This document shows positions 59,599 through 64,000 of a stretch of DNA of 64,000 nucleotides, one piece after another. Source of the DNA: the human T2T-CHM13v2.0 reference genome, Homo sapiens; the NCBI RefSeq assembly GCF_009914755.1, contig NC_060931.1; one strand, given 5' to 3'. The notes under the pieces were generated by a model. It ran no database searches, had not been told where the DNA came from, and saw only the letters and a list, made by a program, of their open reading frames with translations. Made by a program: the position numbers and the translations under genes. Each line of letters begins with the position of its first letter. Within the stretch, counting starts at the first letter, position 1.

Positions 59599-60858
59599 GA
59601 TAAACTCTTGTTGGAAAAAGTTATACTATAATTAAGGGACGAATTGTGTTTTGTATAAAGCCTTAAAAAACAGAAAAAGTTGACGTTTTGTATTTCACTC
59701 AGCAGGAGATCTGAGACAGGAATAATGAGGAAATTCTATAGGTAACATGCTATGTAGTTTCAAATTAGACATCCTTATGTCAAAAGGCTGAAAAGGCTAA
59801 GAAGAAACCCAGTAGTGAAACCATTTGGCAAAGTCATTAGGTAAGCCCAGAATTGAATCTTGAGTCAGAAGAAAGACTCATAGTTCTAATCTGACACTAA
59901 GTTTAATCCATTAACCTACAAATAAATCATTAATCCTGAAGTCAAGAAAGTGAGAGGCAGATGTCCTGAAGTTTGAATTTATCTCAGAGTTAAATATATG
60001 GAGAAAAAAGAATAAAAATCAAAGTTTTCTTTTTCTGCCATAAACTAAGGAAGTGAAGTTTCAATAAAAAAATTGAAAACTGTTCTTCGTAAGACTGTAT
60101 TTACTTTTCTTTGTCAATCAGCAAATGCAAATGGCAGCACTGGGAACCAGCAGAGAGGATAAAAAGAATGAGCTATAAGCCTCAATATAATTTTTGAGAG
60201 AGCTATGAATTAAAGTGTCACATTGTTACTATTTACTCACGGAATAAAAATCATGGGGAGGGGAAGCTTAAGTTTAAGCCAAATGGTGACTTGATACTCC
60301 TAATTATTATGTTATAATCTTTTATCTTAATGCCTGACATAAGTTCTTTCTCCTAGGAACTAAAGATGTCAGGTGTGTGTGTGTATGTGTGTATGTGTTG
60401 TGGTGTACAAACCCACAGACATATAACTAGATAAGCCCACATACACACATCATCAATGAAGAGATATCATGTAAACCATCAACAGAAAGCTGTACAAAGA
60501 GTATTAGTCTTTGGTTCCCAGTGATTTGCATAAAATAATGAAATTCTGAAGTTTTGGAGAACACAATTTTAAATGTATGACTTTTCTTCTTGCTCTAATA
60601 TGTACTGTGCCTGTAATAAAACTTGAAGTCCTGAAAAAGAATTATCTATTTCTCATCATCCATGATACCTAATAATGTGCATTAGAACTGGCTTATTTGA
60701 TATGATCCTAGAAAAATGATCCTATGGGTAAAGTAGATTTAAAAAGAAAGGTTAACCAAAAATCTGAAAGGAATTCCCAAATTACAAAGAATTCAATTAT
60801 ATGTTGAATTGCTATTTCTACCCACGTGCGTTTTGATGCTTATTTTATCAATGAATTT

Positions 60859-61147
60859 TTGTTATTGTTTTATTTTTGAGACAGGGTCTCACTCTGTCAG
60901 CCAGGCTGGAATGCAGTGTCATGATCACCATTCCATGTACCCTCAACCTCCTGGGCTCAAGCAATCCTCCGCCTCAGCCTCCCAAGTAGCTGGGACTACA
61001 CGCTCACATCATCATGACTGGATAATTTTTTTTTTTTAGAAACAGGGTCTCACTATGTTGCCTAGGCTGGTCTTAAACTTCTTGGCTTAAGTGATCCTCT
61101 CGCCTCGGCCTCCCAAAGTGCTGGGATTACAGGTGTGAGCCCCAATG
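60859..61147 (-). mobile_element. AluJ
   Basis: Reverse dimer. TSD cttattttatcaatgaattt (60839) / cttattttatcagtaaattt (61153). Confidence 0.92.
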
Positions 61148-61433
61148 CTCATCTTATTTTATCAGTAAATTTACAATAGCCTCGCTGGCATAAAGAAGAC
61201 TTGCCTTAAAACTTCTATTATTTTATTTAATCCTAATATTGTTGTTATGTTTAAAGGAAAATTTGCATTCATTTGCATATATAAGCTGAGTGTCCAACAA
61301 ATGGAGAATAATTTAACATCTCCAACATATATTACACTGTTTTAAATTCTAAAAGTTACTGCAAAGGTCAACAGAAATTATTGTGCATCATCATTTATGC
61401 TGTCAGAGGTGAGCATGAGATAAAGCTACTTAC

Positions 61434-61670
61434 CTCTAAGGTGAATGACAGTACCACGTCGGACTTTGACAGCTGAATCTCATTCTCATCTCCTATGTCC
61501 AAAAATGCAGAGTTCTGTGAACGTTTTAATTTTTGTAATTTAAATTCCGGACCACCTTTCGAAACTGGAAGACTTTCCAAATTGGCCATTAGCAAATTCA
61601 CTGAAGACCGCAACTCTTCTATATACATATTCTCCATATCTTTTGCTATAAATTTGGGGAATTTTCTTTC
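61434..61670 (-). CDS. CADPS2: CADPS2 coding exon (probably exon 5), 237 nt, phase 0-0
   Basis: Translates [79 protein letters not shown], recognised as CAPS2. Acceptor tattttcaag|GAA at 61671/61670; donor GAG|gtaagt at 61434/61433. Confidence 0.97.
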
Positions 61671-64000
61671 CTTGAAAATAATTTTTAAAATAATAGTGTT
61701 ACATAAGTCATATTTCAATTTTATCATACAAAATTGTATGATATATATACTTCACTGTCTTAGAAATTACAACACTCTCAATATATCTATCCTACTTGAG
61801 TCACTAGGCTGTAAAATCCTCAGGCTTTGGCATTTTTGATTATATCTATGGTACTTCAGATATCTTATTGAGGATCACTGCAGTACAAAATGAAAAAATC
61901 GCATATATTTTCACATTAAATTTATTTGTGATAAGATTTGCTTAAGGAAAAACAAACTCTGAAAACATGCATGGAAGATATTTTAGCGTATAGATGAACC
62001 TTAGCCACTAGTAGCTTTGCGATGCTTGGGATAACTGGTCTATAAAAAAATGTTCAGGACACACAGCTTTCCAAGTTAGGAAACAAACATTTTAACAATA
62101 GCCCAATTTCTTACCACAGATATGCGTTGTTGGAAGAGTATGCTTTTTCATAAATAGGCATTAAAAACTCACATTATTGAAGAGTGATATGGTCATATTT
62201 CTAAAATTAGTAAATTTTCACATTACATTAATGTGCCAAGATCTCTTCTGGCTATAAATTCAGTTTTTTACTAAAGACTTAGAAAAAGTTAAGTTTAAAG
62301 CAAAAGGAAATTTATGATAAAAACTATTAAGGGAAAAATTAACAATATCAATTTGGAAGATTCTATTTTCTTGCTAAATTATATCAGCATTGCCATTCAA
62401 TAATTTTAACTCTGCAATCAGATTTGTTTCTTCTGCTCAATTAAAAGGATGTTCCAAATATTGATATTTAGATGGTGCCGAATCATTCTTAGAGAAGATT
62501 ATAATAAATTTATATTCCCCAGAACAGCAAATGAGAGCACTTTGTTCCCTCACATTCTTGGCTCTTTCTTTAATGTTTGCCAACCTGGCACTTAGGTTTT
62601 CTCTCTTAAAGACAGAGGGTATATAGTTTTACAACATTAAGCCTAGTTTAAAATGACCACCAGTGCACAGAACCGGCTGGAGGATGAAAGCCTAAAGCAG
62701 CCATCTTTCAAATGGCTGCTGAATGCTCCAGAAAAGCACTGCCTTTACTGTTGTCTCCCTTGACATCATTCAAAATCTAACCTAAGAAATCTGCATGTGT
62801 AGTACAATTTGAAAGCATCCAGCATGCTCTTGTCAACCTGCATCTAGTCTCTGACTCACTTGCACCAGTTCATTCATGGGATTGGAAGGAACATCTGGCA
62901 CCACTTCACAGATCAGTCCCAGAGTCTCAGGCCACCTGCTTTTCTTCTCCTCCAATATAACATTCACATATTTCTTTTTAAAATAATTTACATATAATCA
63001 AAATTAAAATTGCATAATGTCACAGACAGATTAAATATCTACATTAAAAATTAACTTTCCCAAAGAAGGTTCTTAAATATCCTTTTAAAATTTCTCTACA
63101 GTTTGAAGCAACATTCCAAAACAGCAAATTTGTATCCTTAAGAAAAACAGGCAACTACCCAGCTATAAAATACCTGGGTTTCCTTTAGTGGGGCGGGGGA
63201 GGGAAGGAATTGTCTTTAGAATATTTTTTCAGTACAAGCAAAGAGAGGGGAAAAAAGCAAAATGATCCATAAAAAACATATTTTACGTTTTTGGACTAAC
63301 TTTAAGGCTGCCAGAAAAAGCATCCAAAACTGAGAAATAAGGCAAAGCAATGAGGGGGCAGATCCTTTCAATGTCGTATGGAGGTGAAGGCCATCCAATG
63401 ATCATTTGGGGAAAAGTTCTTAGTTCACCTTATTATTTATTATTGATTAAAGATTCCAGACAATAAAGCTACATGTTACCTTGTAAAACTGTGTCTGAAA
63501 GAGGTGCAAATAAAGTTTGGTGAATAATATAACCCACAGGTTCAGTTTAAATCTGTATTAGAAATTAACCAATTTTTGATTAAACCCCATTAATCTTACC
63601 TTAGTAATGCCCCCAAACACCTAGTTTCTCATATGCTCTTTGGTCTGGTTTTAACACCTAACTTGTTTGCTTATTAATTATGCGTTGAATAAAATCTCTA
63701 TTGTGTGTCCATTTTATATTTATATGAAAATCACAATTCTACCCCTAAAAAAGTAGAGTTTAACAAAGAAAAAGGCGAGCATGTCACGTATCTGAAAGTT
63801 CTGATATACTAACGCTTTGCTTTCAAATTTTCAACATGTTATGGAAAATCTAGCATTAGCACAAGAACAAAAATAATCTATTTGTATTTAGCTTTAACTA
63901 TAAACACTTCATGAACTATCTATCATCTGTCAAACAGGAGAAAAGCAGGCATCTCCAAAATTGGCTCTTTTATCAGTATTTCCAAACATTTCAGGGACTA

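Noticed and set aside
61395-61727. 110-aa ORF as a standalone gene
   Set aside because: Only 61434-61670 is exon; the flanks are intronic read-through. The opposite-strand ORF 61495-61839 is a shadow.

Overview
AT-rich, repeat-dense primate genomic DNA, most likely human. It lies inside CADPS2 (CAPS2, Ca2+-dependent activator protein for secretion 2), which is transcribed on the minus strand. Three coding exons are present with canonical AG/GT boundaries and compatible phases: 61434-61670 (237 nt), 55133-55251 (119 nt) and 21132-21243 (112 nt). They encode the region leading into and forming most of the C2 domain. Two of them were missed by the ORF track. The rest is intron, filled with L1 (two young 5'-truncated L1PA copies with TSDs plus older L1PA/PB/M pieces), Alu/FLAM, MaLR LTRs, L2/MIR and DNA-transposon relics (Tigger4/MER46, Tigger3, MER5A, MER20, MADE1). 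I found no evidence for a new gene or a new biological system. The most notable unexplained structure is a set of local fold-back and inverted duplications, chiefly a 58-bp near-perfect palindrome at 34718-34775 and 56-bp inverted arms at 39460/39790. Also notable are a twin-primed L1, a diverged ~135-bp direct duplication, and two ~2-kb same-orientation L1s that bracket the 112-nt frame-shifting exon. Repeat subfamily calls and exon numbers come from memory of consensus sequences, not from a search.
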